DNA of 63,773 nt, counting the filler, from Licmophora abbreviata (Eukaryota): NCBI GenBank assembly GCA_900291995.1. It is 16 parts of 16 records of this genome, joined end to end, with 100 filler letters (N's around TTAATTAATTAA, not from the genome) between each part and the next. Parts side by side here need not be neighbours in the genome. Positions count along the whole stretch, not along the records: positions 51,498 to 52,636 come from OLMU01005658.1; positions 52,737 to 56,552 come from OLMU01005659.1; positions 56,653 to 63,773 come from OLMU01005660.1; 13 more parts are not named here. The stretch is one strand, 5' to 3'. Under the pieces are notes generated by a model. The model saw only the letters and a list, made by a program, of their open reading frames with translations, made no database searches and was not told the DNA's origin. The position numbers and the translations under genes are program-made. Positions 51,904-62,260 of this stretch are shown here, in pieces. Position 1 is the stretch's first letter. Every line of letters starts with the position of its first letter.

Positions 51904-51917
51904 TTGACACAGGTCAA
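51904..51917 (+). promoter_or_regulatory. FNR box upstream of ccoG
   Basis: TTGAC-ACAG-GTCAA palindrome. Confidence 0.8.
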
Positions 51918-51981
51918 GGCTGGTGCGGCTGTCACCTGAGACAAGACAGGGGAACAAGAACACGAATACCGGAGTGATTCC

Positions 51982-52878
51982 GTGTCCGACACCCAACCCG
52001 ATGCCGCACCCAGCCTTTATGCCGCACGAGAACCGGTCTTTCCCAAAAAGGTCTATGGTAAGTTCCGCAACCTGAAATGGGCGATCCTGATCGTCACGCT
52101 TGGCATCTATTACGTCACGCCCTGGATTCGCTGGGATCGCGGACCGAATCTGCCGGATCAGGCGGTGCTTCTGGATCTGGCGAACCGGCGTTTCTTCTTC
52201 TTCTGGATCGAGATCTGGCCGCATGAATTCTATTTCGTCGCCGGGCTTCTGGTGATGGCGGGGCTGGGGCTGTTTCTGTTCACCTCGGCGCTTGGCCGGG
52301 TGTGGTGCGGCTATGCCTGCCCGCAGACCGTCTGGACCGACCTTTTCATCCTTGTGGAACGCTGGATCGAGGGCGACCGCAATGCCCGCCTGCGCCTGCA
52401 CCGTCAGAAAAAGCTGGACGCCCGCAAGATCCGCCTGCGGCTCACCAAATGGATCACGTGGCTCTTGATCGCGGTGGCCACCGGGGGTGCTTGGGTGTTC
52501 TATTTCACCGATGCACCCACGCTGCTGGTGGATTTGTTCACTCTCAACGCGCATCCGATCGCCTATACCACCATTGCCATCCTGACCGGCACCACCTTTG
52601 TGTTTGGTGGGTTCGCACGCGAACAGATCTGCATCTNNNNNNNNNNNNNNNNNNNNNNNNNNNNNNNNNNNNNNNNNNNNTTAATTAATTAANNNNNNNN
52701 NNNNNNNNNNNNNNNNNNNNNNNNNNNNNNNNNNNNGCGCATTCAGGCCGCGATGATGGACGAAGATACGCTGACCGTGGGCTATCGCGAATGGCGTGGC
52801 GAGCCGCGCAAGAATTCTGACGAGGTGAAGGCTGGGGAAGAGCAGGGCGATTGCATTGATTGCATGGCCTGCGTCAAT

Positions 52879-52912
<34 letters not shown>

Positions 52913-53502
52913 AGCAGCTGGAATGTATCACCTGCGCGCTTTGTATCGACGCCTGCGACGACATCATGGCCAAGATCGGCAAGCCCCGCGGTTTGATCGA
53001 TTACATGGCCCTGACCGACGAGCAATCCGAACGCGCCGGGGGCAAGCCCAAGCCGATCATCAAGCACATCCTGCGGCCTCGCACGATCCTGTATACCGTG
53101 TTGTGGGCGCTGGTCGGTGTCGGGCTGGTCTTTGCGCTGTTCATCCGGCCCGAAGTGGACATGACCGTAGCACCTGTGCGCAACCCGACCTATGTGACTC
53201 TATCGGACGGTTCGATCCGCAATGTCTATGAGGTGCGCCTGCGCAACAGGCACGGCGAGGACCGCCCCTACAACCTGTCGGTCAAGGGCGATCCGGCGAT
53301 CCGTCTGGCGCTCGAAGGCACGCCATATGCCACCGTAGAGGTGCCCGCCGACAGCACGATGCTGCAACGGGTCTATCTGGTGGCGCCTCCGGGCTCGGCC
53401 CCGGCGCAAAACGAACGCACCGAAGTGCGCCTGTGGGTCGAGGATATTTCGACAGGCGACCGGGCCTACGAAGACACCGTATTCAATGGAAGGGACAACT
53501 GA
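51982..53502 (+). CDS. ccoG: cbb3 accessory ferredoxin CcoG/RdxB, split by gap
   Basis: GRVWCGYACPQTVW, CIDCMACVNVCP, CITCALCIDAC. Confidence 0.95.
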
Positions 53503-53957
53503 TGGCGGAGCGTAAACTGACCGGCAAGCATGTGTTTGCCATTTTTGGAGGCGCATTCGGCGTCATCATCAGCGTCAATCTGGTGCTGGCCTATTCGGCA
53601 GTGAACACTTTTCCGGGTCTCGAAGTGCGCAATTCCTATGTCGCAAGCCAGACCTTTGACGATCGCAAGGCCGCCCAGGAGGCGCTTGGCTGGACTATCG
53701 GCGCGCATCACAAGGACGGGACGCTGACCCTGTCGATCACCGATGCCGCGGGCACGCCGGTTGAGGCGGAGATGCTGGACGCTACGGTCGGGCGCGCCAC
53801 GCATGTGGCCGAGGACGTGACTCCCGATTTTCGCTTCGACGGGCAGGCTTATGTGGCGTCGGTGCCGCTTGGCGATGGTAACTGGAACATTCGCATGACC
53901 GCGCTGGCCGATGACGGCACCGAGTTTCAGCAGCGGGTCGTACTCATCAAGGATTGA
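53502..53957 (+). CDS. ccoH: FixH/CcoH protein
   Basis: LTGKHV..FGVIISVN..TFPGLEVRNSYVASQ. Confidence 0.93.
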   Translation: MAERKLTGKHVFAIFGGAFGVIISVNLVLAYSAVNTFPGLEVRNSYVASQTFDDRKAAQEALGWTIGAHHKDGTLTLSITDAAGTPVEAEMLDATVGRATHVAEDVTPDFRFDGQAYVASVPLGDGNWNIRMTALADDGTEFQQRVVLIKD

Positions 53958-53962
53958 CGGCG

Positions 53963-56158
53963 ATGACAGCCACCATGCGCCCGACCGCCTCGGCTTGCCC
54001 GGCCTGTGCAGCCGCGCCTGCCGCAGACAAGCTGGCCTCCGCCGCCGCGCATGCGCAGGGCGGGGCGCAGATCGCCCTGTCTCTGCCGACAATCCACTGC
54101 TCGGCCTGTATCACCAAGATCGAGAAGGCGCTCAACGCGCATCCCGGCGTCAGATCGGCACGGGTGAACCTGACGTTGAAACGCGCCAGCATCGAGGCCG
54201 ATCCCGATGTGACCGCGCAAGAGATGAAAACCCTTGTCGAGGCCCTTGGTTTCGAGGCGCATGAGTTGGATGCGGGCACCCTCAACGCGACGGCGAACGA
54301 TCGTGCCGGGCGCGAATTGCTGATGCGGCTGGCGGTGGCGGGCTTCGCGTCGATGAACGTGATGCTGCTGTCGGTGTCGGTCTGGTCCGGTGCCGCAGAT
54401 GCGACCCGGGATCTCTTTCACTGGATCTCGGCGGCTATCGCCCTGCCCACCATCGCCTTTTCCGGCCAGCCGTTCTTTCGCAACGCCTGGGCCGCGCTCA
54501 GCAATCGGCAGCTCAATATGGATGTGCCGATCACGCTGGCGATCGTGCTGGCGGTGGTCACCTCGCTTTGGGAAACCTCGCTCTCGGGCAAGCACGCCTA
54601 TTTCGATGCGGCTCTCGCGTTGACATTCTTCCTGCTTGCGGGCCGCTATCTCGATCACCGGACCCGCGCCATAGCCCGCTCCGCTGCCGAGGAACTGACC
54701 GCGCTCGAAGTGCCCCGTGCCACCCGCTTGCGCGCGGATGGCACAGAAGAGATCGTGAACGTCGCCGAGCTTGCGGTGGGTGATCTGCTGCTTGTGCGTC
54801 CCGGCGGGCGGATGCCCGTGGATGGCGAGATCGTCTCGGGCACCTCAGAGCTTGACCGTTCCTTGCTCACCGGCGAGACGCTGCCTGTTTTCGCCGCCGA
54901 AGGTCAGACCGTGTCGGCAGGCGAGGTGAACCTGACCGGCCCGCTGACCATCCGCGCCTCGGCTGTGGGACAAGACACGTCGCTGCACCAGATGGCCGAT
55001 CTGGTGGCCATCGCGGAATCGGGGCGCTCACGCTATACCTCGCTGGCCGACAGTGCTGCGAAACTCTATGCGCCGGGGGTGCATATCCTGTCGGCCTTGG
55101 CCTTTGCGGGTTGGTATCTCTACACGTTCGACATGCGCACGGCGCTCAATATCGCCGCAGCGGTGCTGATCATCACCTGCCCCTGCGCGCTTGGCCTTGC
55201 GGTGCCGGCGGTGACCACGGCCGCCTCGGGCAAGCTGTTCCGGCGCGGGATGCTCATCAAACACGAGACCGCGCTCGAGCGGCTGGCCCAGGTCGACACC
55301 GTGGTGTTCGACAAAACGGGGACCCTGACCGCAGGAACGCCCGAATTGACCAATCTCGGCGATATCCCGCGCCGCGATGCGGAGCTCGCTCTGGCGCTGG
55401 CGCAGGGCTCGTCTCACCCGCTGGCGCAAGCCATCACGCGCGCCGCGCGCGAGGCCGGTTTCGCCCCGGCCCCGGTGAGCGACCTGAGCGAAGTGCCCGG
55501 CTATGGCACCCGCGCCCTCGTTGATGGCCGCGAGGTGCGGCTTGGCCGTGCCAGCTGGATCGGCGCTCAGGGCCGTGCCGAAACTGCCGCATTCCTCGAT
55601 AGGGGCGAGGGCGCGCCGGTGGCGTTCACCTTCACCGACCGTCTGCGCGAAGGCGCGGCTGAAGCGGTGCAATCTCTCAAGGATGCGGGCAAGGATGTGT
55701 ATCTCATGTCGGGCGATACCACCCCGGCGGTCGAGGCGCTGGCCGAGCGGCTGGGGATCACCCATTGGCTGGCCGAGGCCTTGCCGGCCGACAAATCCTC
55801 GCGCATTCAGGCGATGTCCGCGCGGGGCGCCAAGGTGCTCATGGTGGGCGACGGGCTCAATGATACGGCGGCGCTCGCTGCCGCTCATGTCTCGATCTCA
55901 CCGGCCTCCGCGCTCGATGCAGCGCGCGTCGCCTCGGACATCGTGCTGCTCGGGAGCGATCTTTCGCCGATCGCCTCAGCTTGTGCGACCGCCGGTGCTG
56001 CTACGCGCCGGATCAGGGAAAACTTCCGCATCGCCACGATCTACAACATCATCGCGGTTCCCCTGGCCATGGCGGGGCTGTGCTCGCCGCTGATCGCGGC
56101 CTTGGCGATGTCTGCGAGTTCCATTACCGTGTCGCTGAACGCGCTGCGATTGAGGTGA
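53963..56158 (+). CDS. ccoI: Cu-translocating P1B-type ATPase CcoI
   Basis: HCSAC HMA domain, TGE, CPC, DKTGT, HP, GDGLND. Confidence 0.96.
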   Translation: MTATMRPTASACPACAAAPAADKLASAAAHAQGGAQIALSLPTIHCSACITKIEKALNAHPGVRSARVNLTLKRASIEADPDVTAQEMKTLVEALGFEAHELDAGTLNATANDRAGRELLMRLAVAGFASMNVMLLSVSVWSGAADATRDLFHWISAAIALPTIAFSGQPFFRNAWAALSNRQLNMDVPITLAIVLAVVTSLWETSLSGKHAYFDAALALTFFLLAGRYLDHRTRAIARSAAEELTALEVPRATRLRADGTEEIVNVAELAVGDLLLVRPGGRMPVDGEIVSGTSELDRSLLTGETLPVFAAEGQTVSAGEVNLTGPLTIRASAVGQDTSLHQMADLVAIAESGRSRYTSLADSAAKLYAPGVHILSALAFAGWYLYTFDMRTALNIAAAVLIITCPCALGLAVPAVTTAASGKLFRRGMLIKHETALERLAQVDTVVFDKTGTLTAGTPELTNLGDIPRRDAELALALAQGSSHPLAQAITRAAREAGFAPAPVSDLSEVPGYGTRALVDGREVRLGRASWIGAQGRAETAAFLDRGEGAPVAFTFTDRLREGAAEAVQSLKDAGKDVYLMSGDTTPAVEALAERLGITHWLAEALPADKSSRIQAMSARGAKVLMVGDGLNDTAALAAAHVSISPASALDAARVASDIVLLGSDLSPIASACATAGAATRRIRENFRIATIYNIIAVPLAMAGLCSPLIAALAMSASSITVSLNALRLR

Positions 56159-56162
56159 CCGC

Positions 56163-56321
56163 ATGACCATCCTCGCCTATCTCATTCCGATTTCGCTTTT
56201 TCTGGGAGCGCTTGGACTTGTGTTCTTCGTCTACACGGTGCGCAGCAACCAGTATGACGATCCGGAAGGCGATGCGCGCCGCATCCTCAGCGACGAATAC
56301 GACGATCATCCCAAACCCTGA
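56163..56321 (+). CDS. ccoS: cbb3 assembly protein CcoS (52 aa)
   Basis: Below ORF-track cutoff; MTILAYLIPISLFLG...QYDDPEGDARRIL. Confidence 0.93.
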   Translation: MTILAYLIPISLFLGALGLVFFVYTVRSNQYDDPEGDARRILSDEYDDHPKP

Positions 56322-56348
56322 TGACGCTGGCTGTGTCGGGCGGTGTCA

Positions 56349-56680
56349 GGGGGCCTTGCCTCCGCGGCCTTAAGCGTTTCGCGAAAGGCTGAACGGCATC
56401 CGATCATGGCGCGCGGTCCAAACCTCGCTGATGCCTCAGCTCAAGGGTGGAATGTGTCGCGATATTTATAGCCAGATGAAACCCTGCTCTGTCCTTCGAT
56501 CTGCGCGGGGTGCGGCTTCTTCTGGCCGGAAATTCCCGGGGGAGCGTTGAAANNNNNNNNNNNNNNNNNNNNNNNNNNNNNNNNNNNNNNNNNNNNTTAA
56601 TTAATTAANNNNNNNNNNNNNNNNNNNNNNNNNNNNNNNNNNNNNNNNNNNNTTCAACGTCGGGGGCAGAGCCCCCGGCG
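56349..56680. repeat. Mosaic repeat cluster: two REP-like units in opposite orientation plus a degenerate CIR-like copy
   Basis: GATATTTATAGCCAGATGAAA (56461), CTTCTTCTGGCCGGAAATTCCCGGGGG (56516), AAGCGTTTCGCGAAA (56372), GATGCCTCAGCTCAA (56430). Confidence 0.75.
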
Positions 56681-56690
56681 ACATCTGCCC

Positions 56691-58139
56691 TCAGGCGCCG
56701 CCGCCGGGTTGGATCATGAAACAGGTGACCTGTTTTGCGGCGAGACGGCGACAGGCAAGATCCGCGGTTTCGCGCGAGAGGCCCATGAAATTCGCATCGA
56801 ACCCGGTGGGGCGCCGCACGACTTTGCGCAGGCTGCCATCCAGCGTGCTCATCTCGTTGAGCGCGGTCTGGAGAAGGACCTTTTGCGCTTCATACTGACT
56901 TTGATAGCGCCCGATATTGATGCCCCAGTTGCGCCCGCCCGAGGTCGACACTCGGGTCACCACTTCCTGAATGGGATCCGGGTCAGGCTCGGATGTCCGG
57001 GTCAGGACCAGATCGGCGGGTCGCGGCTCGGGGTTGATCTTCGGGAGCGGCGGCGTCGCTGATCCTCTGGCGATTTTCGGCTCTTCAACGGGAAGGCGGG
57101 TTTCTTGCGCCGCCATGATCGCCTGTTCGATATCTTCCTTCGAGGCCAGGACGACCGGCGCCGGTTCGGCCGAGGGGCGCATCTGCGGACGCAGGCTGCG
57201 CTTGACCGCGGCGGCGCTGGCCAGCCGCACCGTCTTGCCGAAGGCGCCGTCTGGCGCACCGTCCTGCATCCGGCCCGCATAGGCAGGGCGGCGCGGTTTG
57301 TGGAGGGCCACACGGCTTGGCGCCTTGCGGAAGCCGAGGTCCAGAAGCTCGGCTACCTTGGCGTTGCGAGAGGCGGTTGAATTGCCGCCGAACACTGTTG
57401 CGATAATGCGCTCGCCGCCGCGCTCGGCACTTGCGACAAGGTTGAACCCAGCCGCGCGGGTATAGCCCGTCTTGATGCCGTCGGCACCACGGTAGCTGTT
57501 CAGCAGCGCCCTGTTCGTGTGATAGACCTTGCGCACGCCGGCATCGGCGGTGATCCGCGAGAACAGGTTGTAATACTCGGGATAGTCGTAGAACACGTGC
57601 CGCCCGAGGATCGTCATGTCCCGAGCGGTGGACAGATGCCCGCTTTCCGTCAGGCCATGGGCGTTCTTGAAGGTCGTGCGGGTCATCCCCATCGCCTTTG
57701 CGGTGCGGTTCATCCGGCGCGCGAAGCGAGCCTCGGAACCCTCGATCGCCTCGGCAAGAGCGGTGGCGGCGTCATTGGCGGATTTGATCGCCGCCGCGCG
57801 GATCAGGTGGCGCAGGCGGATCTTCTGGCCGGCCCGCAGCCCCAGTTTGCTCGGCGGTTCGCTGGCTGCGTGCTGCGAGATCGTGACCATCGTGTCCAGC
57901 CCTATCTCTCCGTTTTCGACGGCCTCGAACACAACGTAAAGCGTCATCATCTTTGTCAGGGAGGCGGGGTGCAGCCTCGTATCCGCATTGTGCGCGTGCA
58001 GGATTTCGCCGGATCGCGCGTCCATGACCATCGCTGCGTAAGGGGCCGCGATCGCACTCAGGGGTACGACCACAAGCATCCAGACCGTCGCAAATGCTAT
58101 CACACTCCAGCGTGTCCGCTGGCTGCTCCAAAGTTTCAT
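56691..58139 (-). CDS. D-alanyl-D-alanine carboxypeptidase (S11) with SPOR-like C-terminus
   Basis: PASLTK (SxxK), SAN, KTG. Confidence 0.92.
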   Translation of the reverse strand: MKLWSSQRTRWSVIAFATVWMLVVVPLSAIAAPYAAMVMDARSGEILHAHNADTRLHPASLTKMMTLYVVFEAVENGEIGLDTMVTISQHAASEPPSKLGLRAGQKIRLRHLIRAAAIKSANDAATALAEAIEGSEARFARRMNRTAKAMGMTRTTFKNAHGLTESGHLSTARDMTILGRHVFYDYPEYYNLFSRITADAGVRKVYHTNRALLNSYRGADGIKTGYTRAAGFNLVASAERGGERIIATVFGGNSTASRNAKVAELLDLGFRKAPSRVALHKPRRPAYAGRMQDGAPDGAFGKTVRLASAAAVKRSLRPQMRPSAEPAPVVLASKEDIEQAIMAAQETRLPVEEPKIARGSATPPLPKINPEPRPADLVLTRTSEPDPDPIQEVVTRVSTSGGRNWGINIGRYQSQYEAQKVLLQTALNEMSTLDGSLRKVVRRPTGFDANFMGLSRETADLACRRLAAKQVTCFMIQPGGGA

Positions 58140-58378
58140 GGAACTACTCTTTTCTGCCTCTCGCGCCGCCGGTTATCCGACTGGCCTTTTATATATTACC
58201 TAAAAGTGTAGCATGGACGCGGAGTCCTGAAAAGTCCTTATTTCAAAGGGATTTTTGCATCAAGCCGTCAACATCTTGGGGGTGCATTGCTGTTTGTCGC
58301 AAGACCGGCGATTGCGGCAAGAATGTGGCGACCGGTTTTCTTTGGTAAGCGCGCCTAAGGCCCTAGGCCCGAAGCTGA

Positions 58379-58403
58379 ACCGGGGCGCGCTTGCGCCCCG
58401 GCT
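58379..58403 (-). terminator. Stem-loop after the ABC binding-protein gene
   Basis: CCGGGGCGC-GCTT-GCGCCCCGG; poor U-tract. Confidence 0.55.
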
Positions 58404-58428
58404 GATCTTGTATTGCAAAGACGCGGTC

Positions 58429-59421
58429 TCAGTTCAGAGCCTTGTCGCTGATCGCATGGGTCCATGCGGCGTCCCCGGGATGCTCGGTAATCACCGGTGC
58501 CGATCCGCCAGACAGCAGCGATTGGACCGTGCGTTCGAAATCCGCCGGGTCAAGCGCGCCGTTCGAGCCTGCCGTCAACTTCGCCACCTCGCCCATCATG
58601 CGGATCTGGTGTTCTTCGGTCTGTGCGCCGGTCGCGTCATTGTCCAGCACGATCATCGCGGCCTCTTCGGGGTTTTCCTCTGCCCATTTCCAGCCTTTCA
58701 TCGATGCGCGCACGAAGCGCACCAGCTTGTCCACCTCGGCAGGGTCCTGCAGCTTGTCTTCCATGACATAGAGACCGTCCTCGAGGGTGGCGACGCCCTG
58801 ATCCTCGTATTTGAACGTGATCAGTTCTTCTGGCGTGATGCCGGCGTCGATGACCTGCCAATACTCGTTATAGGTCATGGTCGAGATGCAATCGGCCTGC
58901 CCCTGAAGCAGCGGATCGACATTGAACCCCTGCTTGAGCACGGTCACCCCGTCATCACCGCCTTCGGTCGGGATGCCAAGCTGGCTCATCCAGCTGAGAA
59001 AGGGAAACTCGTTGCCGAAGAACCAGACGCCCAAGGTGCGGCCCGGGAAATCCTCGGGCCCGGTGACGCCGGTGCTTTTCAGGCAGGTGAGCATCATGCC
59101 CGAGCTTTTGAACGGCTGGGCGATATTGACCAGCGGAAGGCCCTTTTCGCGTGCCGAAAGCGCCGCGGGCATCCATTCCACGGTCACATCGGCGCCGCCT
59201 CCGGCGATCACCTGCGTCGGCGCGATGTCCGGGCCGCCCGGCTTGATCGTGACGTTCAGGTTCTCTTCCTCGTAAAAGCCCTGATCCTGGGCCACGTAAT
59301 AGCCCGCGAATTGCGCCTGTGTCACCCATTTGAGCTGAAGGGTCAGGTCATCCGCGGCCTGCGCCATGCCCGCCCAAAGGCTTGCGGCCCCGAGGGCCAC
59401 TGTGGTTGCAACTGTCTTCAT
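58429..59421 (-). CDS. NMT1/THI5-type ABC substrate-binding protein (pyrimidine uptake)
   Basis: Signal peptide MKTVATT..AQA, LQLKWVTQAQFAGYYVA, STMTYNE. Confidence 0.9.
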   Translation of the reverse strand: MKTVATTVALGAASLWAGMAQAADDLTLQLKWVTQAQFAGYYVAQDQGFYEEENLNVTIKPGGPDIAPTQVIAGGGADVTVEWMPAALSAREKGLPLVNIAQPFKSSGMMLTCLKSTGVTGPEDFPGRTLGVWFFGNEFPFLSWMSQLGIPTEGGDDGVTVLKQGFNVDPLLQGQADCISTMTYNEYWQVIDAGITPEELITFKYEDQGVATLEDGLYVMEDKLQDPAEVDKLVRFVRASMKGWKWAEENPEEAAMIVLDNDATGAQTEEHQIRMMGEVAKLTAGSNGALDPADFERTVQSLLSGGSAPVITEHPGDAAWTHAISDKALN

Positions 59422-59459
59422 GTCTTTTCTCCCGTGTTGAAATCGGTTTCTCGTTATTG

Positions 59460-60308
59460 TCATGTCCTGCCTCTTTGGGACGGATGCCAGAAGGTCATCG
59501 CCTTCTCCAGCAGGGCGATCCCTCCATAGAAGGCCGACCCGGCCATCGCTGCCACCGCGATTTCTGCCCAGACCAGATCCAGCGCAAGTTGTCCGACCGA
59601 TGTCGAGATGCGGAAGCCCATTCCCTTGATGGGCGAGCCGAAGAACTCTGCCACGATCGCCCCGATCAGCGCCAGGGTCGATCCGATCTTGAGACCGTTG
59701 AAGATGAACGGCATGGCGGCCGGCAGCCGCAGTTTCAGCAGTGTCATCCAGTAGCCCGCCGCATAGGTGCGCATCAGATCGCGTTGCATGGCGTTGGTGT
59801 CCTGCAAACCCTGTACGGTGTTCACCAGCATCGGGAAGAACACCATGACCACCACGACCGCGGCCTTGGACTGCCAGTCGAAACCGAACCACATGACCAG
59901 AATGGGGGCCATGCCGATGATCGGCAGGGCCGCCACGAAATTGCCCACCGGCAGCAACCCGCGTTGCAGAAAAGGGAAGCGGTCGATCGCCACCGCGATG
60001 AGAAAGGCGGCGCCGCAACCCATGACATATCCGGTCAGCGCGCCCTTGATGACGGTCTGTACGAAATCCTCCCAAAGGATGTCGGTTTTCGCGGCGAAGG
60101 TGACCGCGATCTGGCTGGCGGGGGCGAGAAGTATGGGCGAGATCTCCAGCCCATGCACCACCGCCTCCCAGATCACGAGGATCGTGATGCCGAAGATGAC
60201 CGGAACCGCCAGCCGGTTGACACGGGTCTTCGGCCTATGCGCCAGCACATGGTTGAGCCACCAGCCGCCGGCCCAGACTGCAAGCGCGAAGACAAGCCAG
60301 CCCATCAC
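59460..60308 (-). CDS. ABC permease (NitT/TauT type)
   Basis: KLRLPAAMPFIF, GAIVAEFFG. Confidence 0.9.
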   Translation of the reverse strand: MMGWLVFALAVWAGGWWLNHVLAHRPKTRVNRLAVPVIFGITILVIWEAVVHGLEISPILLAPASQIAVTFAAKTDILWEDFVQTVIKGALTGYVMGCGAAFLIAVAIDRFPFLQRGLLPVGNFVAALPIIGMAPILVMWFGFDWQSKAAVVVVMVFFPMLVNTVQGLQDTNAMQRDLMRTYAAGYWMTLLKLRLPAAMPFIFNGLKIGSTLALIGAIVAEFFGSPIKGMGFRISTSVGQLALDLVWAEIAVAAMAGSAFYGGIALLEKAMTFWHPSQRGRT

Positions 60309-61180
60309 GCCATCCCCATCCGCTTGAGGATGATGCGCTGCAGAACGCCGATCAAACCCACCAGGATCGCCGCCAGCGTGGCGGCCATGATGAGCGCGCT
60401 CCAGATCTGGATGGTCTGCCCGTAATAGCTACCCGCCAGCAGTCGCGCACCCAACCCGGCCACAGCACCAGTCGGCAACTCGCCCACGATGGCGCCCACA
60501 AGGCTCGCCGCCATGCCGATCTTGAGCGAGGCGAACAGATACGGCATGGACGACGGCAGCCGCAGCCGCCAGAATGTCTGTGCCGGCGTGGCGCTCCAGG
60601 TCCGCATCTGATCAAGCTGCATGGGCGCGGGGCTGCGCAATCCCTTGACCATGCCGACGACCACCGGGAAAAAGCTCAGATACATCGAGATCATCGCCTT
60701 GGGCAGCAGCCCCGAGATGCCCACTGCGTTCAGCACCACGATGATCATCGGCGCAATAGCGAGAATCGGGATCGTCTGGGACGCGATCACCCATGGCATC
60801 ACGCTCATATCCATCGTCCGGTTGTAGACGATACCGATCGCCAGCGCGATGCCCAGACCCGTCCCCAGCACAAACCCGAGCGCGGTCGCACTGAAAGTGA
60901 CCCAGCTGTGATAGATAAGGGAGCGCTTGGAAAAACCGCGCCCGTTCAACACCATGTCGCCTGTCGTTTTCCAGATCTCGGCGCCGACCTGATGCGGCGC
61001 CGGCAGTTTCGGCTTGTCCTGGCTCCAGGTGTCACTCACCAGATCGGTAAAGTTCAGTTCGATGCCTGCGCGTTCGGCCTTGTTGTAGGCCCAAGGCGCA
61101 TTCAACCACACCGCCGCCGCGTACCAGATCACCAAAAGGGTGCAGACCACGGTCAAAATGGGCACGACATTCCGCATCAC
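60305..61180 (-). CDS. ABC permease (NitT/TauT type)
   Basis: SQTIPILAIAP, RLRLPSSMPYLF, GAIVGE. Confidence 0.9.
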   Translation of the reverse strand: MMRNVVPILTVVCTLLVIWYAAAVWLNAPWAYNKAERAGIELNFTDLVSDTWSQDKPKLPAPHQVGAEIWKTTGDMVLNGRGFSKRSLIYHSWVTFSATALGFVLGTGLGIALAIGIVYNRTMDMSVMPWVIASQTIPILAIAPMIIVVLNAVGISGLLPKAMISMYLSFFPVVVGMVKGLRSPAPMQLDQMRTWSATPAQTFWRLRLPSSMPYLFASLKIGMAASLVGAIVGELPTGAVAGLGARLLAGSYYGQTIQIWSALIMAATLAAILVGLIGVLQRIILKRMGMA

Positions 61181-61191
61181 ACCGCCCCTGG

Positions 61192-61267
61192 TTTCACCGT
61201 TCCAAAAATACTCCAGGCACGCGCTGAATTTCGGGCGTGGCAGATGAGTATTTTAAGAACGATGAAA
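61192..61267. repeat. Inverted REP-like doublet
   Basis: TTTCACCGTTCCAAAAATACTC ... GAGTATTTTAAGAACGATGAAA (19/22 complementary). Confidence 0.7.
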
Positions 61268-61378
61268 GGATTGTGTGGTGTCCTGTGGCCGCGGTACAGG
61301 CTGGAGAGCCGATGACCGTGAACGGTGAAAGTCCCTCGCCCCGTCAAACGGGCGGGGGCGCCGCGCGAATGGGGGGCC

Positions 61379-62164
61379 TCAGATCGCATCGCCATACCCC
61401 GCGCGCAGCCCGTCTCGAACCCGATGGGCGATCTCGATGAAGTCGGGTGTGTCCCGGATATCCAGAGGTCGTTCACGGGGCAGGGGGCTTTCGATGACAT
61501 CCGTGATGCGGCCCGGGCGGGGACTCATCACCACGATTTTCGTGCTCAGATAGACAGCCTCCGGGATCGAATGGGTGACAAAGCAGATCGTCTTGTCGGT
61601 TCTGTCCCACAAGCTCAGAAGCTGTTCATTCAGATGGTCGCGCACGATTTCATCCAGCGCGCCGAAAGGTTCGTCCATAAGCAAAATGTCCGCATCGAAG
61701 GAGAGTGCGCGCGCGATCGACGCCCGTTGCTGCATGCCACCCGAGAGCTGCCACGGGAATTTCTTTTCGAAGCCGGCCAGATCGACCAGTTCGAGCACGC
61801 GGGCCACGCGTTGATCCTGTTCTGCCTTGGCATATCCCATGATCTCCAGTGGCATCCGGATATTGCCTCCGATCGTTCGCCAGGGATAGAGGCCCGCCGC
61901 CTGGAACACATACCCGTAAGCCCGCGATTTGCGCGCCTCTTCCGGGCTCACCCCGTTGACGGTGATGGTGCCGCCCGTGGGGTGCTCCAGATCCGCCATG
62001 CAGCGCAGAAACGTGGTCTTGCCGCAGCCCGACGGCCCGATAAAACTGACGAAATCGCCTTTCCTGACATCCAGGGTCACGTCCTTGAGCGCATGAACCG
62101 GGCCATCATTGGTCTGGAAGGTCAGCGACAGATCCTTTGCGCTGATCACTGTCTCGTCTGTCAA
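61379..62164 (-). CDS. ABC ATP-binding protein
   Basis: GPSGCGKTT, LSGGMQQR, MDEPFGALD; probable TTG start after GGGGGA. Confidence 0.92.
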   Translation of the reverse strand: MTDETVISAKDLSLTFQTNDGPVHALKDVTLDVRKGDFVSFIGPSGCGKTTFLRCMADLEHPTGGTITVNGVSPEEARKSRAYGYVFQAAGLYPWRTIGGNIRMPLEIMGYAKAEQDQRVARVLELVDLAGFEKKFPWQLSGGMQQRASIARALSFDADILLMDEPFGALDEIVRDHLNEQLLSLWDRTDKTICFVTHSIPEAVYLSTKIVVMSPRPGRITDVIESPLPRERPLDIRDTPDFIEIAHRVRDGLRAGYGDAI

Positions 62165-62260
62165 TCCAAGTCCCCCGATTGCACCGGTCGTATTGCGCCG
62201 TGCTGGCATGTCGTTGTCAATGGGCCGCCTCCGCCAGTGGCAAGAGGCGGCATGATTTTT

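Noticed and set aside
1643..56652. Fifteen recurring TTAATTAATTAA motifs as a repeat array or CtrA sites
   Set aside because: Always centred in 100-bp N spacers; an assembly linker with stops in all six frames
59422..60075. Long N-terminal extension of the 548-aa ORF
   Set aside because: Off-frame overlap with the permease; the signal peptide starts at 59421
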